The notes under the pieces were generated by a model. The model saw only the letters and a program-made list of their open reading frames with translations. It had not been told where the DNA came from and did not search any database. 45,735 nucleotides of DNA from Octopus bimaculoides. Lineage: Eukaryota. The position numbers were made by a program, and so were the translations under genes. Each line of letters opens with the position of its first letter. The first letter of the stretch is position 1. The stretch is from NCBI RefSeq assembly GCF_001194135.2, contig NC_068981.1, positions 98,594,160 through 98,639,894 on the forward strand, written 5' to 3'. Of this stretch, positions 27,301 through 40,500 are shown one piece after another.

Positions 27301-30300
27301 AGAATTAAACATCTTAATTATAAATGCAATACAATGCAAGTTATTCTCCACAACAACAATGATTTCTTACATAGACACATGGTCAATTTAAAAAAAAAAA
27401 GTTATAGTTAACTGAATATAAGGACCAGTATATTATTGATGCTACTATCTATATCAGTCCTGAGTGATGAAATCTATGTTCAGCCCTAGCAGGATTTGAG
27501 CTTAGAATCAAAAAGTGGGGAAACTAAACATTGTAAAATATAAAGAGTTAAAATTTCGTACAAGAAAAACTTATTGTAAAATAAGTTTGGAACTCAACAC
27601 TGCCCCCCAATAAACAGTGTGTACTGGTCTGATAAGTATTAGGAATCTCAAAGATCTATGAGGCTGGTGCTTGTTCCAAGTTTCTGAATCATTAAGTGAA
27701 TGAGAGACAAAGCTTCCTCTGTATAGGGTCTATTGCCTATTGCATGTAGCTTGAGCCACAAAAGGAATTAAACTGTAAACCAACAAATGTTCCATCATCA
27801 CTAGAGAGTTGCTACTGTATGAAACCTTTTTAGAATGAGATGGATTTAAGAATCTGAGCAGTACATAATTGCCACTGAGAAGATATGAAGCACTTATTTC
27901 TCACCTGGTTGTCTGGGACACAATTACTTGGTTGTCTATGCTTTCAAAATATCACTATTTCAACTTATTTGGGACTCATTAACTTTAGTAAAGTCATTAT
28001 ATACACTTCCATCAGACCATATGAATAAATATTCAGTATCCTCTATGTAAGACTTAAGAGGTGGCAATTTGGGAAAATGTCTTCTACTCTAACCTTAGGT
28101 TGACCAACACAATGCAAGTGGAATTTGATAGTCACAAACAGCAAAACTCATTGTATATGTGTGTCATTGTGGTTATAGTTTGCTTCCCAACTACGTGGTT
28201 TTTGGTTCAGTCCCACTGCGTGACACCTTAGGCAAGTGTCTTCTACCATAACCTTGTAAATGGATTTGGTAGACAGAAAATGAAAGAAGCTCATCATACG
28301 TGTGTATATGCTTGTTTCTCTGTCTTTACATGATGATGATGATGATCATCGTTTAATGTCCGCTTTCCATGCTAGCATGGGTTGGACGATTTGACTGAGG
28401 ACTGGTGAAACCAGATGGCTACACCAGGCTCCAATCTGATTTGGCAGAGTTTCTACAGCTGGATGCCCTTCCTAACGCCAACCACTCCGAGAGTGTAGTG
28501 GGTGTTTTTACGTGCCACCGACACGAAGGCCAGTCAGGCGGTACTGGCAACGGCCACGCTCAAAATGGTGTATTTTATGTGCCACCCGCACAAGAGCCAG
28601 TCCAGGGGCACTAGCAACGATCTCACTCGAAAGTCCTTACACATGATGTATATGTTTTTATGTCTACAGATCTAAAAACCAGTGTTGATTATGTGTCCTT
28701 TTATGTCTTGCAACTTTGGGGTCAATATGAGTGACTAAACACTTGAATGTAGTATCTGAGTATGATTGTAGTCCAATCAATAAAAGAGTAATTAGATACT
28801 TATACACTATGCAGAAAATGAATTAATTATATATATCAGTAAATATATGCAGAGAGAATGTTTGTTTGACCAACAATTGTGATTTAACTTGGTTATTTCT
28901 TAACAGCCGTAATGTAACCAAAAACACCTGCTTTCAGATCAAATTGTATAGTCTATGTTATATAATAAGATGGTGAGCTGGCAGAATTGTTAGTACGCCA
29001 GACAAAATGCTTAGCAGTATTTCAGCAATCTTTACATACTGAATTCAAATTCTACCGGGGGTTGATTTTGCCTTTCATCCTTTTGGAGGTAATAAAGTAA
29101 GTACCAGTTGAGCACTGGGATTGATGCAATCAACCAGCCCCATCCCACAAAATTTCAACCATGTGCCTATAGAAGAAAGGACTCTATAGTGTGATGCACC
29201 ACCCTTCTTGGTTCCAAGTTTAAATCCTGCCACAGAAATAATGAATACTAGCTGAGAAGCAATAGCAATGATTACCTCTGAAAGAGAGTCTTCTTTTTCT
29301 TGCAAGTTGTCTTCAAATTTATTTATCATTGTCTGCAACTCAGCAGTGCTTCCTGTAAGAACAGAAACAAATTTATAATGCTAAGGGCTGAAGATTGATT
29401 TCTCATACTTAATAGAAAACAAGTTCCACTCTCACTTTATAGCTGACTGGTTAACAAAACTTACATATGCATCTGATTGTTTACCTAATTAAAGTAAATA
29501 ATTATAATTAATATTAATTTATCTATTTATCAACTATTTCATATCTATTTGTTTTTAAATGAGAGAGAAATAGACTGTTAAAGTAAGTTAACAAAAGATG
29601 AGGCTCCACATCTACAATGCATCAGCTCTCTACATTCTCCTCTATGGAGCAGAAACATGGCCCCTCACAAAGACCTGGGCAAAGAGACTCAAGGGCTTCG
29701 ATAGCAGAGCCCTAAGAACCATCGAGAACATTAGATGGTACCATCATGTTTTCAATAAAGAACTAGATGTGCACATGTATCAGTTCAAAGCCTCCCACCT
29801 CATAGCGATCTGTTGCATGCACTGGTATGGACATGTCCTCTATCTCCTGCTAGATCATCCATCCTAACAGGGCTTTACTCTCATTCAACTCAGCAGCTGC
29901 GACTGGAAGAGGCCTCATGGTTAGCCCTGCACCAGATGGGTGGACACGAATGGGGAAGATCTCCAGAGGCTTCACATCACCTTGTCAATGCAGAGGAGCT
30001 GACACAGAACCACCAGCGATGGAGAGCACTGGTGGATCTGGTCGGCTTTAAGCATGATGATGTCTCTAGAACCACTAACCTGGGATGACCCCAGCCTCAT
30101 CATGCAAGAGCATGAAGCAGCCACTGGTCATCATTGCTCCTGTTACTCATTCAATCAAGAAAACTAAGTAAAGCATGTTTGTCAGCTGTGTAAGATGAGT
30201 CATAGTAAGATGAGCACATTTCATAGTTATATTGGCAACTACTCATTTTACAAGAAGCAAGCTTATAGTGAATGAATAAGGAATCCTCAACATGGCTGCC

Positions 30301-33300
30301 CTGACTACTAGAAATAGTAATCAAAGCTCCTTAAAACTCTACTGTCAGAATAAGATCCATGCATTGCATTAAAATCTATTAGAGTCACAATAAGAGGTGT
30401 TGGGCTTATGATAAAATCAATCACCACTGCCACAAAATCAGATATTAACCTTTTAGCATTCACATTACTCTGTCAAACATAATGCTTATTTAATCCCATT
30501 GTTTTGAATTAATCATGTATTATCTCATAAAATTGAGACTTCTATGATGTGACTGTTTATCTTTAGAATGATATTGTAGGGTTGATATGAGAGGCCAGAT
30601 GTGGCCACTTTCAACATGAAAATGGTGGAATATTTGGGTTGGATATAGCTGGTTTAAATGCTAAGGCTTAATAACATTTATGCTACATACATTACTATTA
30701 AAAATAAGATCTATTTATTTCATTGATATTGCATGAAGATTTTAAAGAAATGTTGAGAACTCATTGTTAATGTATGTTCCTTCACATTAGAAGAGACACC
30801 TCAAACCATCACAAAATGCACCTATCATCGTCATCATCATCATTTAACGTCTGCTTTCCATGCTAGTATGGGTTGGACGATCTGACTGAAGACTGGCAAA
30901 CCAGATGGCTGCACCAGGCTCCGATCTGATCTGGCAGAGTTTCTATAGCTGAATGCCCTTCCTAACGCCAACCACTCCGAGAATGTAGTGGGTGATTTTA
31001 CGTGCCAGTCAGGCAGTACTGGCAACGGCCATGCTCAAATGGTGATTTTTACGTGCCACCTGCACAGGAGCCAGTCCAGCGGCACTGGCAACGACCTCGT
31101 TCGAATGTTTTTTTCGTGTCAGTAAGGCAACGCTGGTAACGATCATGCTCAAATGGTGCCACCGGCACGGGAACCAGACAGCTACTCTGGCAATGATCAT
31201 GCTCGGATGGTGCTGTTAGCGCTCCACTGACACAGGTGCCCAAAATTGTATCTGTAGCTATCACAGTTTCTGTAGTTGGATAAACATTACAACATGTATA
31301 ACAACTAAACCAAGTCAAGCCAATGAAGAAGTTTCTACATGATCTTCCACCCTACTAGAAGTCAAATAAGGAATATCCCTCAAATGACACCACACCATCT
31401 TTAACAGAAAGAGCACATTGGACAATATAGTTCTAGATACACAATGCCTGAAATTATGATAAAATAGTCATGACTGGAACAGCCATGAGTACAAGGTTGC
31501 TTGATTTGAACTGACCTGGAAATATTATGAACTTACCTTCAAATTCAGTTTCAATATTTTTTCTTAATTCCTCAACAGATATCTGTAAGTGCTTTCTTTC
31601 AGTTTGGACAACCTCTAAAAATGGAGCCAGAAATAAAAATCAAGTCTTTTTTTCTTCTTTTTCCTGCATCTTGAACAACTTGGAATATTATTTTACAAAA
31701 ATACTAAAAACAATAAACTTTTATGTAACTGTGTAACTTACTAGAATTAGCAACCAAATCTCTCTCAAATCACATCCACCCCACCAGCTTACAGAAAAAG
31801 AGGGATACATTTAACAATGTAGTCCCAAACTTTATGAATCTCAGTAGGATTTGAACCCAGAATGCATAGAGCAAGGACAATTACGCAGTATTTGTCTGAT
31901 GCTCAAATAACCATCATTTAACATCCACTTTTCCAGGCTTGCATGGGCCAGACAAAATTTGTGGAGGCAGATTTTCTACAGCCAGATGTCCTTCCTGTTG
32001 CCAAACAACATAATATTTCCTATGGCCAGATATGTTTTTCAAAGAAGACTGGAAACAAACATTATTGTATGATAGTGATGCTCACTTACATGTGAGCATC
32101 AAAACAAGCACACACACATATATATAACAGGCTTTGATCAGTTTCTGTCAGCCTCAATAAATTCTGCCTGACCCATGCAAGAAGAGAGTGGACATTAAAA
32201 TAATGGTGATGATAATAAAGTAAAAATAATATGTAAAAGGAAAAATTATAGATAAGTATAAATTACATTCATCATCTTAAAGGGGGGAAAGAAGGTGTAA
32301 TAAAAAAATTTTGAAAGTAAATTTTTAACTTATAAGCCAATCTCTAAGTATACTTGGACAACGGTAGCTTGATAACACTTATGAATTTACCAAATCAGAT
32401 GAGTAATAATTGCACATGAAATATGAGAACATAAGACCAAATTCTCAAATATATATGAAAACCTACCAATATCATTCCTTAGTTTGTACATTTCTTCAGA
32501 ACGTACATTGATGCCATGGATTTTCTCCTGAAAATATACAAATTTTATAAGTAACCTATAGAGAGGATCAATATCTCATAGATAAATCACCTATGTGATA
32601 AAACTGAGATCTATCTCGTGTAACTTTCTCAAGCAATCTAATACACATTGTCATCTCAACATCTACTTTTCCATGCTTGCACAGGTCAGGTGGATTTTTT
32701 TCTTGTTGCCAACCCTCACCTGTTTCCAAGTAAGGTAATATTTCCACATGATCAGACATGTTTTCACAGAAAATTGGAAATGAAGGACAGAGCAAGTAGA
32801 CATTAATACATATACATGCACACACACATTTATGCATATATATAAGCATACACACAAGAATGTATTCTTTCAGTTTTCATCTACCAAATCCACTCACAGC
32901 CTGCCTGGAGCCATAGTAGAAGACACTCGTCCAAGGTATCATGCAGTGAGACAGAACCCAAAACCACATGCTTGGACAGTAAGCTTCTTACCACACAGCC
33001 ACATCTGCACCGATAATTAAGATGAAAAATCTAAAAGATATAGAATTAAATGTGCTGCCCAAATACAGTGGAACCTTGTTTACAAATTTAGTTCATTCCT
33101 GAAAGTTGTTCACCATCCAAAATATTGGTAAACTAAAACTATTTTTCCCATAGGAAACTCAAGAGAAATCACAGCAAATTCAAGCAATGATGTACATTGA
33201 GAGAAAGCTAGACAGTAACTCACACTCTCCCACTGATATTCCCAGTGCATTGTCAACTGTTGCTGCTGGCTTGTGTGTTCGTTACTCAAGACACCATTTA

Positions 33301-36300
33301 TCACCCAAGACATTTTATGTTTGATAAATTGTTCATAAACTGATTTGTTTGTGATGAGAGGTGTTCACAAACCAAGGTTCCACTGTAATACATAGTGAAT
33401 CCCTACAGCTGGAATCCAACAAGGCAAATGCATATGGCCATTAACTTCCATTGTCAAAAGTTCAAAAATACATGGATATATTTGTATGGTTTACTATATT
33501 TACATGTTACAATGTGAGAAATTCAGTACAAAACATCAGGGTCAAAATTACAGGGTGATAAGTTATACTCGCATAAAGAAGGTAATAGGATAAAATATAT
33601 TGCAGATATTTAAGTACAATAACTGAAGATTGTATTACACTTAAGATGACTTTGTGCTTGAGAAACTATGGTAGTTTAAGAAGGAAGGACAGAGTCAAAA
33701 ACGTTTTTTGAAGATCATCCGAAACAGTAAAAAGAAAGAGAGAAAGAAAGCCCAACTCATGGGTCATTCTTAGACTAGAAACCTGGTCCTAATGCTTGCA
33801 GAGAGTGAACATAGTTATAGGCATCAAAGGGCATCGTACAGGAGTTAAATTAGACAATGGTTTAACCCTTTAGCATTTAAACCGGCCATATCTGGCCCAA
33901 ATATTCTACCATGTTTTATGGTCAAACTGACCAGATCCAACCTATCACAACTACTCTACAATGTCATTCTAAAAATATACAATTACGCTATCAAAATCTC
34001 AAAGATAATGAATGATTAATTCAAAACAATGTGAATAAATAAGCATTAAATTTGACAGAGTAAGCCAAATGCTAAGGGGCTAAGTATATCACCAAAATCA
34101 GATATGATCCATCCAATGGGCTTCCCTACAGTTTCTATCAACCAATATTTACTCACATGGCTCGAGTAAATCCAAATAAATGGTAAAGGCACTTTCTTAA
34201 AATATCATACAATAGGATTGAACTGAAAAACCACTTAATTGCAAAACAAATTTCTTAGCCTGAAACTTCTAATCAGAAAATGTAAAATAATTAAAATAAA
34301 TAAATAAATAAAACACTTACTTTAATTGGTTCTAGCTCTTCCATCATTTTCTTCACTAAATCCTTGGAAGCTGCATACCTACCTTCCAGTTCTGATTTGT
34401 CATTTTCGAACTAAAAGAAAAAAAAACAAACTTAAAAAGGTAATTAATTAATAAATTTAACTAAACAGAAGAATATTTTCAGACGATTCTTTAGCTTTTG
34501 GAAACCACCATCATCCCTATTGCATACAGAATTCCACTTGTGTACACCATATTACACTTAATGCACTGTTTTCTATACTCTGCAGCTTATTGTGGTTGTT
34601 GTGGGAAGATTGGGGACCCAGGTAGGACTAGTAAAGTTCATCATCATCATATAACATCGGCCTTCTGTGCTGGCATGAGTTGGATGGTATACAGGAGCTG
34701 GTAAGCTAGAAGCCTGCACCAAGCTCCACTGTCTATTTTGGGATTGCTTCTACACCAACCACTTTGCAGAGTGGACTGGGTGTTTTCTGCGTGGCACCAG
34801 CATTCATGAGGGAAAAGCTAAGATAATACATGAATTTTTTTTTTTAAGGATCTTTATCTTCAAGGCTAAGAAACAACTGTTAGTACCAATAGACAGCAGT
34901 ATCAAAGGTTACTAAATGATTTAAAATAATCAAGAACTAATTACCTGAGTGAAGGTAAGACTGTATGATGCATGTGTACAAACTGTAATGCTGCATGGTA
35001 GCGAGACGTGGGGCCCTGAATACAGAGGGCATGTGAAGGCTGGGGAGAAATGAAGCTGGTATGCTCTATTGGACATGTGATGTCAGTCTACATGTGTGTC
35101 AGCACTGGTGTATTAAAAGAGTAGTTGGGCATAAAAGGAATTATATGCAGTGTGAAAGAGAGGAGACTGTTGGTTTGGTCATGTGATGTGGATGGATGAG
35201 AACAATTGCATAAATGAGTACCATTCACTTAAAGTGGAGGGAAGTTGTGAAAGAGGGAGACCCAGCAAGAGATGAAATGAAGTAATGAAGGCTAATCTCA
35301 AAATGCTGATCCTTACAATGGAGATGACAGAGAACCAAGATGCGTGGAACATTGTTGTATTCAAGAAGGTTTGCTTAGCACATCAGAATTGAGATCCTAA
35401 AAGCAAGGTGTCACATAAAAAGCATTGGTGTGGGTGCTGGTGCCATGTAAAAAGCACTGGTGATGGTGCCACATAAAAAGCACCCAGTGCACTCTGTAGA
35501 GTTGTTGGCATTAGGAATGGTATCCAGCTGTAGAAACCAAACCAAAACAGACTATGAAACCAGGAGTAGCCCCTGGCCTTGCTAGTTCCTTTCAAGCTGT
35601 CCAACCCATGTCGGCATAGAAAACAAGACATTAAATGTTGATAATGATGATACCCTTGTATTCAGAAATGTTAACACTTTCAGTTACTGGCCTGTAGCCA
35701 TAAGGTGAATCCACCTTTTGGATTTAGCTGATCATAAAATACTTATTTTAGTTTGGTGCTTATCAAACTATTTTTGCCAAATCATTTTTGACACAATATC
35801 AGTTTTTCATAAACATAAATACTGACACAAACAAAAGGCTACACACACCTATGAGATGTTATTCCAAATATAACAAAGAATACAACCCATGCCAGCATGG
35901 AAAAGCAGATGTACAAGCAATATAAATAGCAGCAGTGATGGTAATGATGACAATGATAAAACTTGTATAAGGAACAAGAATATTTGCAAATACAGAAGAA
36001 GCTAAAACTTGATTAAATCAAATATAAGTATAATCATCATCATAATTTAACATTCACTTTCCATGCTTGCATGGGTGGACAGTTTGACAGGATCCAGTGA
36101 GTTGTGAGGCCACTTTAGGCTCCAATGTCAGCTTCGGCATGGTTCTACAACAGGATGCCCTTCTTAATATCAATAAGGTGCTTTTTTTTGTGTCACCCGC
36201 ACTAGTAAGGTTGCCGAGTAACTTGCAAGATAGAAGAATAGGGAGAGGAATGAATGTAATTTATTTCAGTCAGCCAAAACCAAACTGGCCGAAACTTTTC

Positions 36301-37527
36301 AACAAATACTGCTACATTTGTTTCTACATTCAAAATAGATACAGCTTTGTTTGTGGAAACTCGACATTTCAGCCATATTGTTTCAGCTAACTAAATGAAA
36401 TAATTTACACTATACAACCAGTTTTGAATACATTTTTGCCACTAATTACCATTAATGGACATGCAAAAACACACAATATACACACAAAAAAAAAACACAT
36501 TTAGATGTACAAACAAGAGTACTCATATATGCAGTGAAGTTTATTTAATTGTTCAAAGCTGATGATTTACAGTGTTTCTCACTATGTACAATCAATCTGC
36601 TAACAAAAAGATTATTCCTTTTATCACCTGAAGAATTTCACATAACAAGAAACTCCAACTCGTAAATGATCAACTTTGAATGAAGAAATGAAATATAAAC
36701 CTTTAAGCAAAAGATACAACACCTACTAAAAGCATAATAATAATAATAAACAAAGAGGAAGTTTTAAACTTACTTTTGTGACTTTTTCTTTGTGTTCTTT
36801 CAGATACTTTAGTTCTGTTTTCTTTTCTTTTATGGAAGCATCCTGAGAGAATTAAACATGAGATTTATCACAATTTATTTTATAAGTCAGTAAAAGCAGG
36901 TGTTCAGAATGTGATCAGCAGCGAGATCATTGAAACAATACAGATCATTGTCTTTTAATCATTCTTGACTCAATACAACAGCAAATGTTTTCAGACTATT
37001 TTTACCTTTTAAAGCAGTCCAACAGGCACTAATGGTTGTTTTCTAATCATACTCATCATGGTTCTTTTTTTAAAACAGTGATTTATAGCCAGATGTCTTT
37101 CCTGTTAGCAACTCTCTTACAATGCATTGCATATAGTTCAGATTATTCTTTGCAATTATCAGCGATGGACTGTCAAAGGCTCATATATTTAGGATGATAT
37201 TTACAATTAAAATAGTCAGGTAGTAGCTGTTCTTTAGTGTTGTAAGCAATGGTGTACAGAGTAGATTAACTAATCATTTATAATTAGTGCAGTCCATATA
37301 TATATTAACCATTAGATATTGCTGCCAAATAATAGAGACTTGAAAGGATTAACTCGCTGCCAATAGGATTTAAGAGAAAATAATGTTTGGATGATTAATC
37401 ACTGGTTCAGTGTGTTTCTTCGGAGAGAATGACTAGAAAGTGTCTATCTTAGTGCATTTCATTCAAAAAGCATCAGTTTTTCACTGATGTTAATGAAAGA
37501 TATAACTATATACAAACACACACTATT

Positions 37528-37579
<52 letters not shown>

Positions 37580-40500
37580 TAAAAGGAGTGAATATTCAGA
37601 TGTGAACATCCATAAAGATATTATTATTGTTAATATTATCTCCGGTGAACATAAGAGATTGATAATAATAACAGCAATAATACAGGTGGTTACAGGTATC
37701 AAATAACTATAAAATTAAAATTAGCACTAAGCATAAGGACACACTGGGCATCTAACCTGTTTAGAAAGCCCCAATAAACTACCAATAACACTGAAAATAT
37801 GACAGAAAACAACATTAAGCAGCGAACAGTTAAAGAATTAAAACATACCATTGTAGATAATGCCACTCGGATATTCATGTACCATGATTTCAAGTTATGT
37901 CTGTCTGGCCTTAACTCTCATCAGTACGACTTACTGAGAGAAAAAATTCAAAACACGTCACGTTAAAATCTGCTGGCATTCTGATTTTCTGTCATATTTT
38001 CAGTGTTATTAGTGGTTTATTGGGGCTTTGACTCCTATTCTAAACAGGTTAGATGCCCAGTGTGTCTTTATGATTTGTGCTAATTTTAATTATATATATG
38101 GGCATATGGCGTGAAAAAGTGCCACACCCTAACAGTTGAGGGAACCCGTGGAAGAGGTAGGCCCAGGAAGACCTGGGCTGAGGTGGTGAGGCAAGACCTT
38201 CGTACATTGGGCCTCACGGAGGCGATGACTACTGACCGAGACCTTTGGAAATGTGCTGTGCGTGAGAAGACCCGGCAAGCCAAGTAAGATCGTTGCCAGT
38301 GCCCCTGGACTGGCTCTTGTGCGGGTGGCACATGAGATGCACCATTTTGAGCGTGGCCGTTGCCAGTACCGCCTGACTGGCTCCCGTAGGATTTTCGAGT
38401 GAGATCGTTGCCAGTGCCCCTGGACTGGCTTGTGCGGGTGGCACATAAAAGACACCATTTCGAGCGTGGCCGTTTTCGTGCGGGTGACACGTAAAAGCAC
38501 CCACTACACTCTCTGAGTGGTTGGCGTTAGGAAGGGCATCCAGCTGTAGAAACTCTGCCAAATTAGATTGGAGCCTGGTGTTGCCATCCGGTTTCACCAG
38601 TCCTCAGTCAAATCGTCCAACCCATGCTAGCATGGAAAACGAACGTTATACGATGATGATGATGATGATGATATGGCCTAGTGGGTTGGGTGTTGCATTC
38701 ATGATTGCAAAATTGTGGGTTCAATAATTCCAAACAAGGTGATTGCATTGTGTTCTTGAACAAAATGCAAAACATATCATCTCACATTGCTCTTAATACC
38801 TTTAGACAAATAGGCCTCAAAATCACTGTAAATACTAATCTGTCAAAAGTTGATTTTTTAGATGTTTCCTTAGATCTAAACTCCTGCTCTTATAAACCAT
38901 ATCATAAGCCAAACAAGAAACTCTCCCACGTATACAGTCCTGTCACCCTACTGTAGTGTTTAAAAACCTGATAGCTAACATTAGTAGTAGGATATCCAAT
39001 CACTCTTCTTCTAAAGAAATATTTAATAAGGCAGCCTCCTACTATAACAATATCTTAGCTAACAGCAGTTTCAAAGATAACATATATTACAACCTTCCAA
39101 GTAAAAATATGAATCATAAAAATAGACCTGGAAAAATAATATGGTTCACTCCCCGTTTTCCTTTAATGTTAAAACTAATGTAGACAAGAAATTCCTGTCT
39201 TTTAGATAAGCATTTCCCAACAAACCACAAATACAGGAAGATTTTTAAGACACACAAATTATGCTGCCCCAATATGAAGAACATTATTGTTGTAAGCATC
39301 ACCAAGAGCCCACTCCCAATTGTAACTGTCAAGAACTTGAAGCTTGCTCTATTGACCAGGCATATATGATAAACTCTGACATATATGAGGTAGAAGTCAC
39401 AGCAACACTTCAACATAACCTAACTGAAAATAAAAATTACACTGGGTTATGCAATGGTGTTTTCAAAAGACATTATGTAAACCACCTATCTTTTCAGTAC
39501 ATCAATAAAAGTAAAGCCCACTAAGTTGGCTAGCCACATATCAAATTTCAATACAATATCTGGATAGTATTTAACCTGAAGACAATGCAAATGCTTTTGT
39601 GTGTGATGACACAATTACAAGCATTAATTTTGACCATCCTCTTCCTTTTTCTATTGAATGCCTCCTCTTCTTTTTATTTCTTCCCCTCTTCCCCTTAGTC
39701 CTTCTTTTCTAAATCATCACTTCCCTCCCTCTTCCTCTATCTCTCTTCCATTTACCTTATGCTTATTGCCGCTATTCAATTCCCTCCCCATACCTATACC
39801 ATTTCTTTCAGAAATGACTGATGAAAATAGCATTAATTTTCTAGGTGATTCAAATTTTCTCAACCAATCAATGGGCCAAATCAATAACAATACCTATAAA
39901 GACTACTGAAAACAGCTGTAAGTCAAATTTACTGCTATAAAGGAAAATATGTAATGACAGTTATTAATGCCTTGTCCTGTATATTAATCTGGGTAAAAAC
40001 CAGTATAACTGGAACACAACCATGGATTTACAATATAGAATGGTAATGAATTATAACTTCGGTCCCTGTCATAAGAATACACGGAGTTCTTTACTAATTT
40101 AAACAATATCGATAGCCTGGTGTAGTAACAGAGAACTTATAACGTATTTGTTCCAGTTGATAATCCCTCATTAATAACTTTATCTATAGTTTATATATAT
40201 ATATATATGGATGTAAATTTGATTTATAAATATTTAAAATAAATTTACCTCATTTTTATTTTTTATCTACTCATAAGATGCAGGACAAATTTTGATTAAT
40301 TTGTATTGTGAATCATTATATGCATATATGTGAGTTTATTTCATTTAATTGATGTTATTTTATTTTCTAGTTTCCTTCAAAAATAAATTTCAATATTTTG
40401 TTGTTTTACCTTTACTATACACCTATATTATGTCCATTAATTTCAGCTGATAGATAATCCAGTAATTTGCCCAAATTTTTTATATAAAAAATTTTGTTGT

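Noticed and set aside
32591-32636. [15 protein letters not shown] segment (ORF 32568-32855) as a RAD50 exon
   Set aside because: The nearest AG gives an immediate stop in the required phase; 32467-32527 fits length, phase and homology.
39625-39810. Pyrimidine-rich tract as a triplex or regulatory element
   Set aside because: Imperfect low-complexity sequence with no clear mirror symmetry.
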